Part shown: positions 14,706-27,930 of the stretch, one piece after another
Layout of the letters: each line of letters starts with the position of its first letter
Position numbering within the stretch: the first letter of the stretch is position 1
Assembly (NCBI GenBank): GCA_951406725.2
Contig: OX597838.1
Location: 2,480,001-2,544,000, forward strand
Direction of reading: 5' to 3'
From: Octopus vulgaris
Lineage: Eukaryota
DNA length: 64,000 nucleotides
Translations under genes and position numbers: made by a program
Notes under the pieces: generated by a model
What the model saw: only the letters and a program-made list of their open reading frames with translations
The model's database searches: none
What the model was told of the DNA's origin: nothing

Positions 14706-15264
14706 TTATTAAAACGGTTTCCTGTTAATTCCTGGTTAATTAGAACTTCACCTCCATTGTTAAAAAAACCACCGGAAGTGGAAGGGTGGAGGGACAGGTG
14801 CTGCCCTCTTTGTAACTAACATAAGAGGTAAGTGAGAATGACGGAATTGCTGCTGTTAATTGGCCCCACACTAATTGGGATCCTCTCTGAAGGAAGGCAT
14901 TTTCGTACTAAAGAAATCTGGGGTTGTGTAAGGTTGTGTGGTCGCTCTGATTTGGGGGGATATTTTTCACTGTTTTGTTTTTGTTTTGAATCATTATTGT
15001 TTATTTATTGTTATCTAATTTGATTTTGTTATTATTGTTCAACTCTTTTTTTTAAATTTATGTAAATCGCCCCCAAACTTTTCTTTTAGGTTCCACAGTT
15101 ACATTCTCTTCACCAGCTTCGATCCCCGAGAGCCCTAAATAGAAATTGTAATTGTTATTAAAACCATTTCATGTTATAATAATAACAATTAAAACAAAAT
15201 AATAATAAAAATAATAATAATAATGATAATAATAATAATAATAATAATAATGATGATGATGATG

Positions 15265-15315
<51 letters not shown>

Positions 15316-15318
<3 letters not shown>

Positions 15319-17448
15319 CTTATAATAAAACTTAATAAAAACTTATCAATAGCCTGGATAGACTATAAAAAGGCTTTTGATAGCCTACCACATAGCTGGA
15401 TTAGGAAATGCCTTGAAATGTATAAGATAGCACCAACTCTGCGAAACTTCTTGACTGTAAGTATGAGATCATGGAGAACCACACTAACTCTGAACAGTGA
15501 CAGTGAATCCCTAAATGCTGGTGATGTAAAAATTTCGTGTGGCATTTTCCAGGGTGACTCACTGTCACCACTCCTCTTTTGTTTATCCTTAATACCTCTC
15601 TCAAAGCTGCTCAATGATGCGCAGTACGGGTATAAAATGTTTGATAAAAATATAAATCATCTCGTTTACATGGATGATTTAAAGCTTTTTGCAAAAAATG
15701 ATCAACAACTCAAGGGCTTACTAGCGATAGTCAAACAATTCAGTGACGACATCAGAATGCAATTCGGCCTCGATAAATGTGCAAAGGCTACCTTTATCAA
15801 AGGAAAAATGACAGAAACATCTAACGTTAACCTTGACCAACAGAATGTCATAAAAGAACTAGACCCAGCGGAGAGCTACAAGTACCTAGGGATAATTGAA
15901 GGGAACGGAATAAGGCATTCAGAGATGAAGGAAAGGATCAGGAGAGAATGCTATCGAAGAGTGAGAGCAATACTCAAGACAGAGCTGAATGCAAGAAACA
16001 GGATCGAAGCAATCAATGCATTAGCTATACCAGTCGTGACTTACAGTTTCAATATTGTTAACTGGTCAATTACTGAAATATGTCAGCTCGACAGAAAAAT
16101 AAGGAAACTGTTGACAATGCATAGAATGCACCACCCTAAGGCAGATACAGAACGACTCTATCTGCCAAGAAAAGAGGGAGGCCGTGGTCTTTTGCAACTG
16201 GCAATAACAATGAAGATTGCTACAATTGGCCTAGACACCTACCTGAAAAACTCTGAGGACTGGATGCTAAAACTTGTCTCAAAACATGAAAACAAGAAAG
16301 CATCATACTCAGTCACAAACAGGCAAAGGAATATCTAAGTGAATTCCGAATACAACCAATTTCGGAATTAGAGATAGATATACAAGAAACAAGCACAGAA
16401 AAAGCTAGGCGCATGAAAACCCGTGCCAAAACTGCGGCCTTAGATATTCTGAATAATAAATGGCAAGAAAAACCTCTCTATGGCAAATACCCAAAGAGAG
16501 CGAATAATGCAGATATCGACAAAGCCCTGACCCATCAATGGCTAATGGCCTCTGGCTTAAAATCTGAAACAGAGGGGTTTATCATAGCAGCTCAAGATCA
16601 ATGCCTACCAACAAGAAACTACCAGGCCAACATATTAAAGATCAGAAGCAGTCCAACGTGTCGTGTATGCAAGCAACAAAATGAAACCATTGACCATGTG
16701 GTCTCCAAGTGCAGTCTTCTAGCGCCTACAGAGTATCTCAACAGGCACGATAGAGCTGCACAATATATTCACTGGGTAATCTGTAAAAACCTGGATTTGC
16801 CCCATGAAAAAAACTGGTGGGAACACAAACCACCCCCAGTGCTTGAAAATGACCACATCTCACTCCTCTGGAACTTCACCATTCAAACTGACAGGAAGAT
16901 AGATGCAAATAGGCCAGACATCATATTGAAAAACTTCAAACAAAGAACATGCCTCCTCATTGATATGACTGTCCCAATCGATATAAACGTATCTGTCAAG
17001 ACCTACCAAAAACTGAGCAAATATAAAGATCTTGAAATAGAAATCAGCAAAATGTGGAAGCTGAAGACTAAAACAATACCTGTTGTCATAGGTGCCCTGG
17101 GAATGATAGCAAAAGGGGCTGATAGCTACCTAACTCAGATACCAGGAAACCCAAAAATGGCAGAAGTTCAAAAGATAGTGCTCATGGGAACTGCTCATAT
17201 CCTACGCAAAATACTCTCTATGTAATCTCAAGGTTTAAAACAAACATAATTTTCGGTTTAAAAAAAAAAAAAAAAAAAAAAACCTTTTTTTTTTTTTTAG
17301 ACATTCATTAGTACAACATCCCCACCCCCCAAATATATGGCACACTAGGCATAACAACAACATGAACTTCCAACCCTGTTGTCTCTTGAGGTCTCTGGGT
17401 GAGACTTGGAGCCAACTTGTACAAATATAAAGCAAAAGTCAAACATAG
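15316..17448 (+). mobile_element. 5'-truncated non-LTR retrotransposon with RT + CCHC + restriction-like endonuclease (R4/Dong-like), inserted in a (TAA)n tract
   Basis: RT motifs WIDYKKAFDS, GIFQGDSLSPLLF, YMDDLKLF and YKYLG are present. The C-terminus has CRVC..ETIDHVVSKC, RHD, RPDII, LIDMTVP and KLSKY.DL. A single 1-nt deletion at ~16319 splits ORFs 15223-16338 and 16413-17225. The 3'UTR ends ...aaaagtcaaacata, with (TAA)n on both sides. Confidence 0.92.
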
Positions 17449-17487
17449 AATAATAATAATAATAATAATTAGTAATAATAATAACAT

Positions 17488-17912
17488 TAGACGTCGCATA
17501 GTATACAATATCATGAAATTGTTCATTGAAGACACTGTGTCTCCCGGGGGTTTGCACTGTTTGTCAAGTGACAACAAGGACCTCAGACAGACAGTACTTT
17601 ACGCAATATACGTGCACTTCCAAGTTGTGCTGACTTTTGCAGTGCATCTGGATTGTAGGGTATCTCTAAGGTTTTTAGATGTTTTTTTCAGATTGGATTC
17701 AATACGACTCAATCTGAAAAAAACATCTGAAAACCTTAGAGATACCCTACAATCCAGATACACTGCAAAAGTCAGCACTACTTGGAACTTCACGTATATT
17801 GCGTAGTGTCTGTCTGAGGTCCTTGTTGTCACTTGACAAACGATACAAACCCCCGGTACACACAATATCTTAAATCAACAACCTCACGATATTTTATACT
17901 GTGCGACGTCTA
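17488..17912. mobile_element. 425-bp fold-back / MITE-like palindromic element
   Basis: Arms of ~205 bp (tagacgtcgcatagtata... / ...tatactgtgcgacgtcta) are reverse complements around a ~15-nt loop near 17700. There is TA at both ends and no coding similarity. Confidence 0.85.
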
Positions 17913-17920
17913 TAATAATG

Positions 17921-17979
<59 letters not shown>

Positions 17980-18722
17980 CACCATCATCGTCACCATTAT
18001 TATTATTATTAACGTAATACATACGCTCATATATATAAGCAAATGGTTCTCTGTCGGTTTCAACGATCATAAGACGGTTGATCGACACAAATACTCGTTT
18101 ATTATTTAATTAATGTGTAAGTGGCTGAATATACCCAAAGCGCAATCATGAAGCGGCGCAGTATGTGACGTGGCCAGACACTTGAGTCACAATGCAGCCT
18201 GTGAGAATCCGTACAGTTTCCGTCGACATGCAGCTTCATTCACCAGGTTTGCTGCTGTAAAAAAGGTACACGCCCAAAATTCCACGTTGTCGGATGGATC
18301 GAACCTTGAATTTTGTGATTGTGAAGCAAATTTCTCGACTATCCGGCCATGTTCCGTTCACTTCACACAAACCCACACAAGTAAGCATATTTATGCTATC
18401 TCTTCCTCTCTCTCCTTCTCTCTCCATCCCCACTCTCGCCCTCTTTCTCTCCTCTCTCACATTCTCTCTATTTCTCCCTCCTCTTTCTTTCTATCTCTGT
18501 CACTCTCTCTCCCTCTCTCTCCATCTTCTTTCTCCACCACTCTCTCATCCTCTCCTACCCTCTCTACCTCTTTTTCTCTCCTCCTCTCTCTCCCCCTCTC
18601 ACCTTCTCACTCCCTCACATTCTTCTCGCTACCTCCCAATCTTTTCCCTCCCACTCATCCCCTTCCCTCCCTCCCTCTCTCTTTCTCTCTCTCCCTCACC
18701 TCCTCCTTTTCTCTCCCCTCTC

Positions 18723-19071
18723 TAATGATCAACAGAATCAGACCTCTTGCCAAAGAAATAGCAAAAATGTGAGAAATGAAGAAACTAAAAAGCTGAGACA
18801 CATTCTCATAGGTGCCCTGGGAATGATAGCTAAAGGGCTGAGCTATAACTCAGATACCAAAACCCCAAATGGCAGAAATTCAAAAGATAGTGCTCATGGG
18901 AACTGCTCAAACCTACGCAAAATACTATCGAAAAAAGAAATTTTTATTTATTATTTATACAAAATTAAACAGACAAACACAGACAAAAAGACACAAAATA
19001 ATCAGGCACAGAAAACTTAGTGCACAAAGGTAGGATAATAGATAGATGAGAGAGATAAAGAAAAGTCAAAC

Positions 19072-19074
<3 letters not shown>
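18723..19074 (+). mobile_element. Second, short and deletion-riddled 3' fragment of the same R4/Dong-like LINE
   Basis: It matches 17030-17220 (cataggtgccctgggaatgatagc...gatagtgctcatgggaactgctca) and ends with the same aaaagtcaaacata followed by (TAA)n. Confidence 0.85.
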
Positions 19075-19108
<34 letters not shown>

Positions 19109-20237
19109 TAATAATAATAATAATAATAATAATATATAAAATAAAATTGCGTGTGAGATAGTGAATTTAGTTGATGTTTAATTCATAAGTTTGAACAAAA
19201 AGTATAGATTGAAATTGTGACTCAGGAATATAATATATGAATGAGCATATTGTAATGAGAGCCCACTGCCATTTAAAGCAATAACAGCATAATAATATAT
19301 AAGAGAAACAGAATATATATGATATTAGGTATTCCTCATTAAACACACATCACACACACATAAATAAAGTTGCACTCACAAACACAAAAGCACACACAGA
19401 TCACGTTTTTCTCAGAATGTAAAGTCATGAAATGGTTTTTCCACTAATTCACTTGCATCTTTCTGGTGGTGCTGTTGAATCATGCACTCAGCTGGTCCTT
19501 ATTTTTATCAACTTAAGAATGTCAAAATCTGGAATTTTAACTCAGAATGTAAGACAGACAAATACATATTTTGTGTGATTCTGTCAGCCTTTGCTGCCTT
19601 GATTTCAACATTTTGGCACAACTTCAGATAGAATTTATATATATAAATAATATATATCAAAATATATATGTATTATTATTATATAATATGAAAATGAAAT
19701 AAAATAATATTGATATTTATATATAACATAAGAAAAGAAAATTAATTCAGTGTTAATAATAAATATTAATAAAGTAATAGTAGTAATAGTAGTAGTAGTA
19801 GTAAATAATAATAAAAAAAATAATTTATATAATTTCTTCTTTTCTTTAAATAATAAAATAAAATAAAAGAATAATAATCAAAAAAATATTATAAAATAAA
19901 AAAAAAGAAAAAAGAAACAGTAGTCAATTCTCCCAAACAACCAAGAGAAAAGGACATTAGATGTTTTATATTAATTTAAAAAAAAAAAAAAAATCAAATT
20001 CTTTGTTTTCATTGTATCATATATTAATTTTAAAAAAAAAAGAAATATTATAATATTATTAGAAATATATTATATATGATAAAATAACTATGACTTTATT
20101 ATTACTTTTTTAATTATTATTATTACTAAAATAAATATAATACATACAATAATTTTTTAAATAATATATATATATATATATATAATAATATAGAAATATA
20201 AAAAAAATATATATTTTTTTTATAATAATAATACAAT

Positions 20238-20299
<62 letters not shown>

Positions 20300-20475
20300 A
20301 AACAAAAAAAAAAAATATATATAATGTTTATAATATATTAATATTATATATAATTGTTATATAATAATAATAATATATATATAATTGTTTAATATATAAT
20401 ATAAAAAAAAAAATAAAATAAAAAATAAAAAAAATAATATAAAATAAAAATAAATACATAATATAAAAATAAAAA

Positions 20476-20526
<51 letters not shown>

Positions 20527-20680
20527 CACAACAATAAAAATATATATATAAATATAAATAATATATAATAAAAATAAAATAATAATAAATAAATTAATAA
20601 AAAAAAAAAAAATAAAAATAATAGCAAAAATAAATAATAATAAAAAAAAATATAAAAAATATAAATATAAAAAATTATTT

Positions 20681-20760
<80 letters not shown>

Positions 20761-20780
20761 TATATTATAATATATATATA

Positions 20781-20838
<58 letters not shown>

Positions 20839-20970
20839 ATATATATAAAATATTATATATATAAAAAATAAAAAATAATATATATATATATATATATATG
20901 TATATTAAATAATAATAAAAAAAATAAAACAAAAATTTAGAAATTTAAAAAATAATTATATATTTAATAT

Positions 20971-21020
<50 letters not shown>

Positions 21021-21032
21021 TATATGTGTGTG

Positions 21033-21093
<61 letters not shown>

Positions 21094-21458
21094 GTATTGT
21101 TAAGCATGTCCATGAATCTATGTTTGGGTGTGTGAGTGTTTGTGTGTGTGCGTGTATATGTATATATATATACATACATACACATATACACACGCAGACG
21201 TATATGTGTGTTTGTTTGTGTATGTGTGTGAGCACATATATATATATATATGTATACATGCATCCAAATTGCGATATTAATAACCAGTTGTCAGAACTGT
21301 ATATACTTATGTTTCAGAGAAAGGCGCTCGGGAAATTAGAGAGCGGAATATCATTTAATAAACAACAAAAAGATGAAAACCTTCATTGCCTTACAACTGT
21401 TTCGGCTATTAGAAACAGTGCACTCAGCGGCAATAGTCTGTGTAACATCCTATAGCTC

Positions 21459-21519
<61 letters not shown>

Positions 21520-21872
21520 CTCTGGAAATCTGATGGTATGGAAGGGCTCTGCACCAACAAAACATAAATGTGATGCTGACTCCATCCTTTATCTAATACC
21601 AACCAGAACTCCAACGAACGGTATCATGTCATATTTTCTTTCATTTATTCAGCCACTCTTTTGTGTAAATGACAAAGTTTGTTATTTTAACCCTTCGGAC
21701 GTTTTAAATATGTTTACATTCATGTCATGATTTGCAAGTGAAAACGTTGCGTGTTTTTTACCTTTTAAGTTGTTACATCATATTCATGGAGATTTGATTG
21801 ATACAAAACATTAGTGTTAGTACTTCATGATCTCTCGTATATGTACACACCCACACACACAAATATACATAT

Positions 21873-21960
<88 letters not shown>

Positions 21961-22167
21961 TCCATTTAAAGCAGCAGAAAATTCAACAAAACCTGTTACT
22001 CTGAGTTTCCCGTTGCCGTTCATCGGACAGTTTTTGAACGGCAACGGGAAACTCAGAGTAACAGGTTTTGTTGAATTTTCTGCTTTAAATAAAGCATATT
22101 ACTCTACCACTGGTAATTGAGTACTCTTTTTTCCACCTTGATTCACATTTATGTGTTTACTCCGGTA
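21961..22167 (+). mobile_element. Short Penelope-type pLTR element with 5' inversion (palindrome 21964-22090), in (TA)n
   Basis: Near-perfect ~57-bp inverted arms carry a hammerhead-like motif at the inversion, and (TA)n lies on both sides. Confidence 0.72.
21993..22030 (-). ncRNA. Minimal hammerhead-like motif (CCGAUGA core variant)
   Basis: The motif reads CUGU-CCGAUGA-A-CG GCAA CG-G-GAAAC-UCAGA-GUA-ACAG, with stem I CUGU/ACAG. Confidence 0.55.
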
Positions 22168-22620
22168 TATATATATATATATTTATATATATAAAATAAT
22201 AAAGGAATAAGGACTGGATTTGGTATCCGGGGCAGGTTCCTTATAAGCAATCTGGTATAGCCAGATCGGGCAAACCACATCGAACGATAGGGGAAATGTA
22301 CTATTGTTTAAAATAAACAATTACACATTATATTACTGAATGGCTAAATCCGATTTTCGTTTTATTCCATTTCATACATTATAGCGAGCATCGTAGATAT
22401 AGAAAGGATCCTCAGAATGTGTTCATTACACTTTTGTTCTCATTAAATTCACATTAGTTTTCAAACCGACACGTGTTTCAGCTGCATAGATGTTCTAATA
22501 CCATTTGATGTAGCCTTTGTGTGCATATAATGTGAATTTAATGGGAATGATACTGTAATAAACAAGTTTGGAAGATGTACAATTTCTCCATTCTTCTTTA
22601 TGATGTCTTGATTATATATT

Positions 22621-22786
<166 letters not shown>

Positions 22787-23079
22787 CATTTATATATATA
22801 CATATATATTACATACATATGAGAGGGATGACCACTATGCGGACAACCCTTATGCTAGAAGTATATCCTCTATGGTCTTACCTCTGGTTTTAAATTGATG
22901 TTAATCAAACTTATATCCAATTTTTCACCCTCATTTTAAATATATACATATGTATGTATGTATGTATGTACATACATATTCTTTAATTCTTTAAATTATT
23001 TCAGCTTTAATGCTGCGGTCATGCTGGGGCACCAACGTTGGCTGTGCTCCACTATTACTTGAAACCTCCTCTGATATGT

Positions 23080-23448
23080 GGCATTTGGGGAATGAGGGAA
23101 TTTGATGTTGCTGCCCACATCTGTGTTTCCTGCCGAGAAGTAGTCTCATCTGGACCACCTGACAAGAGGAGATTCAAATTTGATTTGATACCCTCATCCA
23201 CATCATGCAGGTCTCTCAGGCATTTTGGAAGGATATTGAAGAGTTGTGGGCTCTTTTAAACCCTATCTGTTGCATTATCTCGTTCTGGCGGTGATGCTGG
23301 GTTCTTTGGCACTATGAAGTGGCGTCACGTTCTACTCTTTGTGTAACTTTCAATGCCAAAGTTTGACACAAGGCATTCCAGAATTTTCCAGATGTACATC
23401 TCTGTATATCTTTCCCGCCTTCGTTCTAGGGAGAAGCGTAAACATATG

Positions 23449-23528
<80 letters not shown>

Positions 23529-24330
23529 TGACTGGGAAACTAATGCTCTCGGCAGGAGGAACACGGTTCCTGTTCTCTCGTTCAAAATCGTCCCAGAATC
23601 TATCCCGTCAGCCACCAGCATATTGTTATCATCTCAGTAATGCGATACATCATTAAACATTTTGCCTCCCAAATCATGCCTTCATTGTCACACGGGGATT
23701 GCAATCATTCCTCGTTCTGTCTGGTTCTCTAAGAATGTATTGTACACCCAAATGCAAAAGTTTTGGAATTTTCCATCATTACATTCCGTTCTTTGCGCCA
23801 ACCCCACTCATTGTATCTTGCGTTTCTGAATAACTTTCTGGGGGACTTTGAAATTATCACGGTTCTTAGTAGCTTCAGATATTTTCCTTTCACCTGAACA
23901 GCAAGCGAGAACAGCAGTTTGCATAATTATGATGACTCTCCGAGACATTTATGGCAAACTGCCAATGGCCGTGAAACAGATCTTCGATCAAGTGTATTCA
24001 CAATGATTTTAACCTTCGAAGTGGCATCATTTTTTACTCCAGCTTAACTTCTTTCTCTTAAAAAGACATGTAACCAATCTCCTGGTTTTCCAAGAATGCC
24101 GAGATCACGCAGTATGCGATATATCATCTACGTTCAAGATTATTGTAGATTTTCGCCTAATCGAAGTCAACTCACGAATGACAGAGTACGTGCTTCGATG
24201 TCCAGTCATAAAACTGCAGCGGCTGCGAGATGGAACTTCCACCCGGGCGGAAACAGTAAGGAACCAGAATGATAGGCCAGTAAATCTTATGACCTACTTC
24301 CATCCTGATTGAGAGACTATACGCCTTCTT
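23080..24330 (-). mobile_element. Decayed CR1-group LINE fragment, interrupted by a (TA)n(GA)n tract
   Basis: FSLERRRERYTEMYIWKILECLVSNFGIESY at 23436-23325 is the same motif as in the 26930-27488 piece. Upstream similarity is weak and the boundaries are approximate. Confidence 0.65.
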
Positions 24331-24821
24331 TCAGAGTCTTAGGTACCTCAGCATTTTGAAAGCGTCTTCAGGTGTTTTGCTAAAGTTCGTTTTGCATGAT
24401 TTCAAGAGAATTGTCAGAAATCTAATGCGGCCAGTTGCTCGGGTTGAGTTAATTTGAAACGGGTTTGACATGACACCTTCGACCTTTACGACGAGGTAAG
24501 CACTATCGTCGCCATATGATTACTGGTATCATTGACTTCGTCGACATCAGTCACTGCTACTACGACGTAGCGGTAGTAGGTGGCGCTAGCGACGGGCGAA
24601 CGAAGGAAAAGCAGAGGAGTCTGCAGATTTCGGGTGTGAATAGCTTACCTCGTTTATTTAGTGACATGTGTACCAGGAAGGTCGTGCAACACTTTTAACA
24701 TTTGGTGAACTCTTTCCTTGGGACACTGGCCCTATTTTGTAACGAACTAAAACAAATGCTTTGGCAAAATTATAGAAAAATTTCAGGTTTATTTATATAT
24801 ATATATATATATATATTCTTT

Positions 24822-25189
24822 TGCTTGTTTCAGTCATTTGAGTGCGGCCATGCTGGACTACCGCCTTTAGTCGAACAAATCGACTCCAGGACTTGTTCTT
24901 TGCAAGCCTAATACGTATTCCATCGGTCACTTTTGCCGAACCGCTAAGTTACGGGGACCTAAACACACTAACATTGGTTGTCAAGCGATGGCGGGGTGGG
25001 ACAAACACAGACACACAACCATATCTTCGACAGGCTTCATACCGTTTCCGTCTACCAAATCCACAAACAGGGCATTGTTCGGCTCAAGGCTATAGTAGGA
25101 GACACTTGCCCAAGGTGCCACGCAGTGGACTGAACCCAGAACCATACGTTTGGGATGCAAGCTACTTACCACACAACCACTGCTGCCCT
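24822..25189 (-). mobile_element. tRNA-derived SINE family B (CORE-like); 3' fragments also at ~6425-6620, ~23000-23035 and ~34392-34505
   Basis: The minus-strand head reads gtggttgtgtggtaagtagcttgc...gggttcagtccactgcgtggcaccttgggcaagtgtct. The 3' end cagtcatttgagtgcggcca is shared with the 34392 fragment, with variants in the others. Confidence 0.8.
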
Positions 25190-25400
25190 GATCTATTTCT
25201 CAGTGTCCGTTCTTCTTTCGCGGAAAGGGTTCATATCATTCGTGGTTTCTAACTTACCTTTGAAGTGGCATCACTCGATGCCTGAGGTTCATTAATTTAA
25301 AAGATTTGACAAAATTGTTCCTTTTGTTCTCCTTTTCTTCTCTCTCTCTCCCTCTCTCCTCTCTCTCTAACTCTCTCTCTTTCCCCTATCTTGCTCGCTT

Positions 25401-25449
<49 letters not shown>

Positions 25450-25731
25450 ACCACACATATACATATATTTACTGACATACAATCAATAATTTTAAAAGTT
25501 GATATTACTAAGTAAGTGACTCGGGAGTCTAGAGTTTCATTCCAGGGCACAAATCAAGAAACTAGTAGGTCTTACCAATCCACGGGGTCCATAAGCAACG
25601 ACTGAACTGCACTGACCTGGTCAATGGGCATCAAAGACCAACGCTTGATAACAAGGATAAATTGAATCAGTCACGTGGCATTGGGGTGTTTCTGGGGGAT
25701 TTCAAAAGCAAATAAAATAGCTCCATCACTG

Positions 25732-25769
<38 letters not shown>

Positions 25770-26198
25770 AATTGAAAAGATGGAACTGATCAGACTCGTT
25801 TCTGTACTGTTCTCAGGGGAAAAAAATGCCCATCTTAAATCCACAGATTGATTAGCTGATTATACCTAATTTCAATCTACCTAATTATAGAATATACAAA
25901 CTAGGAATAAATTACACTGGTCACTCGAATTTGCATAAAAATGCAAGCGAGGACAATGTAAAATATACATTGCATTTCAAATTATCACAAAAGGTTGTGT
26001 TGTGCTCCCTTAATTAATCCCCATTATCAATGAATACACTGACGATAAAGTGAGATGAGCTCGGTCCTTTTTATTTAATATTATGACTTCACGCCAGATA
26101 ATGCGGCGTTCCTTTTGAGATACAACCCCCGAACATTGGATGCGTTTCTGTATGTTGGTGTTCGCTGAATGGTTTCACAACGTAATATTTGTGTACAT

Positions 26199-26412
26199 TA
26201 AGGCGGCGAGCTGGTAGAAACGTTAGCACGCCGGGCGAAATGCTTAGCGGAATTTCGTCTGACTTTACGCTCTGAGTTCAAATTCCACCGAGGTTGACTA
26301 TGCCTTTCATCCTTTCGGGGTCGATAAATTAAGTACCAGTTACGTACTGGGGTCGATCTTATCGACTGGCCCCCTCCTCAAAAACTTCGGGCCTTGTGCT
26401 TAGAGTAGAAAA
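26199..26412 (+). mobile_element. Well-preserved SINE family A copy
   Basis: aaggcggcgagctggtagaaacgttagcacgccgggcgaaatgcttagcgg...gagttcaaattccaccgagg...gcctttcatcctttcggggtcgataaattaagtaccag. Confidence 0.9.
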
Positions 26413-26654
26413 AAAAGAGAATATATGAGTACATTCTCGCATCAATTTATTTCCAAACCGGTCCGGATAGAACCATTTTTCTTTCAGGTGATACCTGAGG
26501 ATTACGTCCCGTTGCAGGAAGTTGGACGAAGGATTCATGTCAACCCAATACGATAGATTGAGCTGCAATAAAATGAAATATCGACTAAATGCATTATGCT
26601 ATTGTTAAGTTATTTTGTTATCCTAACATGGGTCTGAGACCCCCTTCAGTCATG

Positions 26655-26928
26655 ACTGCCGGGCAAGGTTGTTTGTGGAAGGCCAGCAGTCGCCCATGCA
26701 TACCGGCCTTCCCTCTCCACGCCACGAGTGTTATCCAAGGGAAAGGCAAAGACCGATACGGCTTGACACCAGTGACATCACAACTCATTTCTACAGGTGA
26801 GTGGACTGGAGCAACGTGAAATAAAGTGTCTTTCTCAAGAACACAACACGCAGCCGAGTCCGGGATTCGAATTCACGACCTTACTATCGTAAGCTCGATG
26901 CTCTAACCACTGAGCCATACGCCTTCAC
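26655..26928 (-). mobile_element. tRNA-derived SINE family C
   Basis: The minus strand reads gtgaaggcgtatggctcagtggttagagc (A box)...gaattcgaatccc (B box)...gtgttcttgagaaagacact. Confidence 0.8.
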
Positions 26929-27566
26929 ATGGTACCTAATGCCGTCCAATTCGGTGGTTAGTATAGATTTTAATGTCAAACTTGGTAGCTAGACCTTCCA
27001 GGATCGTCCATATGTGTATCACTGCATACCTTTCTGAACTTCTTTCCAGAGAGTACAGCTTCAGTTCTGCTATCCTCTCTCAGCAGCTCATCTGTTTCAC
27101 CCTGTCAATCCTCTTTGTGTAGTGGAGCTGGATTTCATGAGGTCCCGCCACGAATTTGACGCTCTGCGGCGACCAGAGTTGGGATCAACAATCCTGACGA
27201 CTGACGACAAATGTCCTCCATGGGAGTTGCAAGGGTTCCTCATTTCTGGTTCCGAATGATCTAAGGATCCATCCAGCTACTCGCCTGCACCGTGTTGCCA
27301 TCCTGGCAATATACGTATGGAATGTTGCATCTCTACTCATGTGGATTCCTAGTCACGCACCGATTCTAACTCTGGTATTGCACTACTCTCTGGTCCCATG
27401 TATTCTGTTTATGGCCCCATGCGGGACTGCTTGAAACTGATCACAGCATGTTATTTTCATCAACCCATTCTGCAGTTTTATTATATAGTCAGGTTGTGAA
27501 TAATTGTGGACGAACTCTGCATAGCATTTCGCAGGGGTTTTACCCGAAGCTTATATATATATATAT

Positions 27567-27777
27567 ATCTGTAAAATAATATGCGACATCTATTCGTTAG
27601 CCAAGATAAAACTCTGAGTTTCGGATGTCGATGTTGAAATCCACAACACCATCTCTTCAGTTATCAGAGATTTATCTTGGCTGCCGAATAATTGTCACAT
27701 ATTTTACAGATAAATTTCCTCTATTTACATAATATTGAGGTCTCTTTCCTTCTTTTGTTTTCTTACCGCTTTTACCA

Positions 27778-27780
<3 letters not shown>
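27567..27780 (+). mobile_element. Short Penelope-type pLTR element with 5' inversion, in (TA)n
   Basis: Inverted arms 27567-27618 / 27665-27711 enclose a hammerhead motif. A related copy lies at 59563-59722. Confidence 0.75.
27605..27665 (-). ncRNA. Type I hammerhead ribozyme motif (Penelope-associated)
   Basis: The motif reads GAUAA-CUGAAGA-GAUG..stem II..CAUC-C-GAAAC-UCAGA-GUU-UUAUC. It has an intact core, a 5-bp stem I, paired stem II and near-palindromic helix III. Confidence 0.72.
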
Positions 27781-27840
<60 letters not shown>

Positions 27841-27841
<1 letters not shown>

Positions 27842-27883
27842 CTTTGCAAATTCTGTTTCGCAATGATAAGAAGAGCCGACATC
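27841..27883 (-). pseudogene. 43-nt 28S rRNA fragment with the same 3' breakpoint as the 32291 copy
   Basis: gctttgcaaattctgtttcgcaatgataagaagagccgacatc is 39/43 identical to 32291-32333. Confidence 0.85.
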
Positions 27884-27930
27884 TTGTCCGCCTGAGATAC
27901 TTTTGTATCATCGGCGTAGCTGGTAAGGGT

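Noticed and set aside
19100-21000. Extremely AT-rich irregular tract that might be a satellite or origin-like region
   Set aside because: It has no periodic unit, and neighbouring repeats (LINE 18723-19074, SINE ~19480-19620) are riddled with small deletions. This looks like low-quality, unpolished long-read sequence.
26840-26928. tRNA gene candidates (also 34880-34963 and the family A heads)
   Set aside because: They have A/B boxes but no complete acceptor stem, and each continues into a SINE body, so they are SINE heads.
27884-27896. ttgtccgcctgag resembling 28S at 32517-32529 (suggesting an internally deleted 28S copy)
   Set aside because: It reads in frame as VSQADK directly after YADDTK of the old LINE, so it is better explained as LINE sequence, at most a microhomology.
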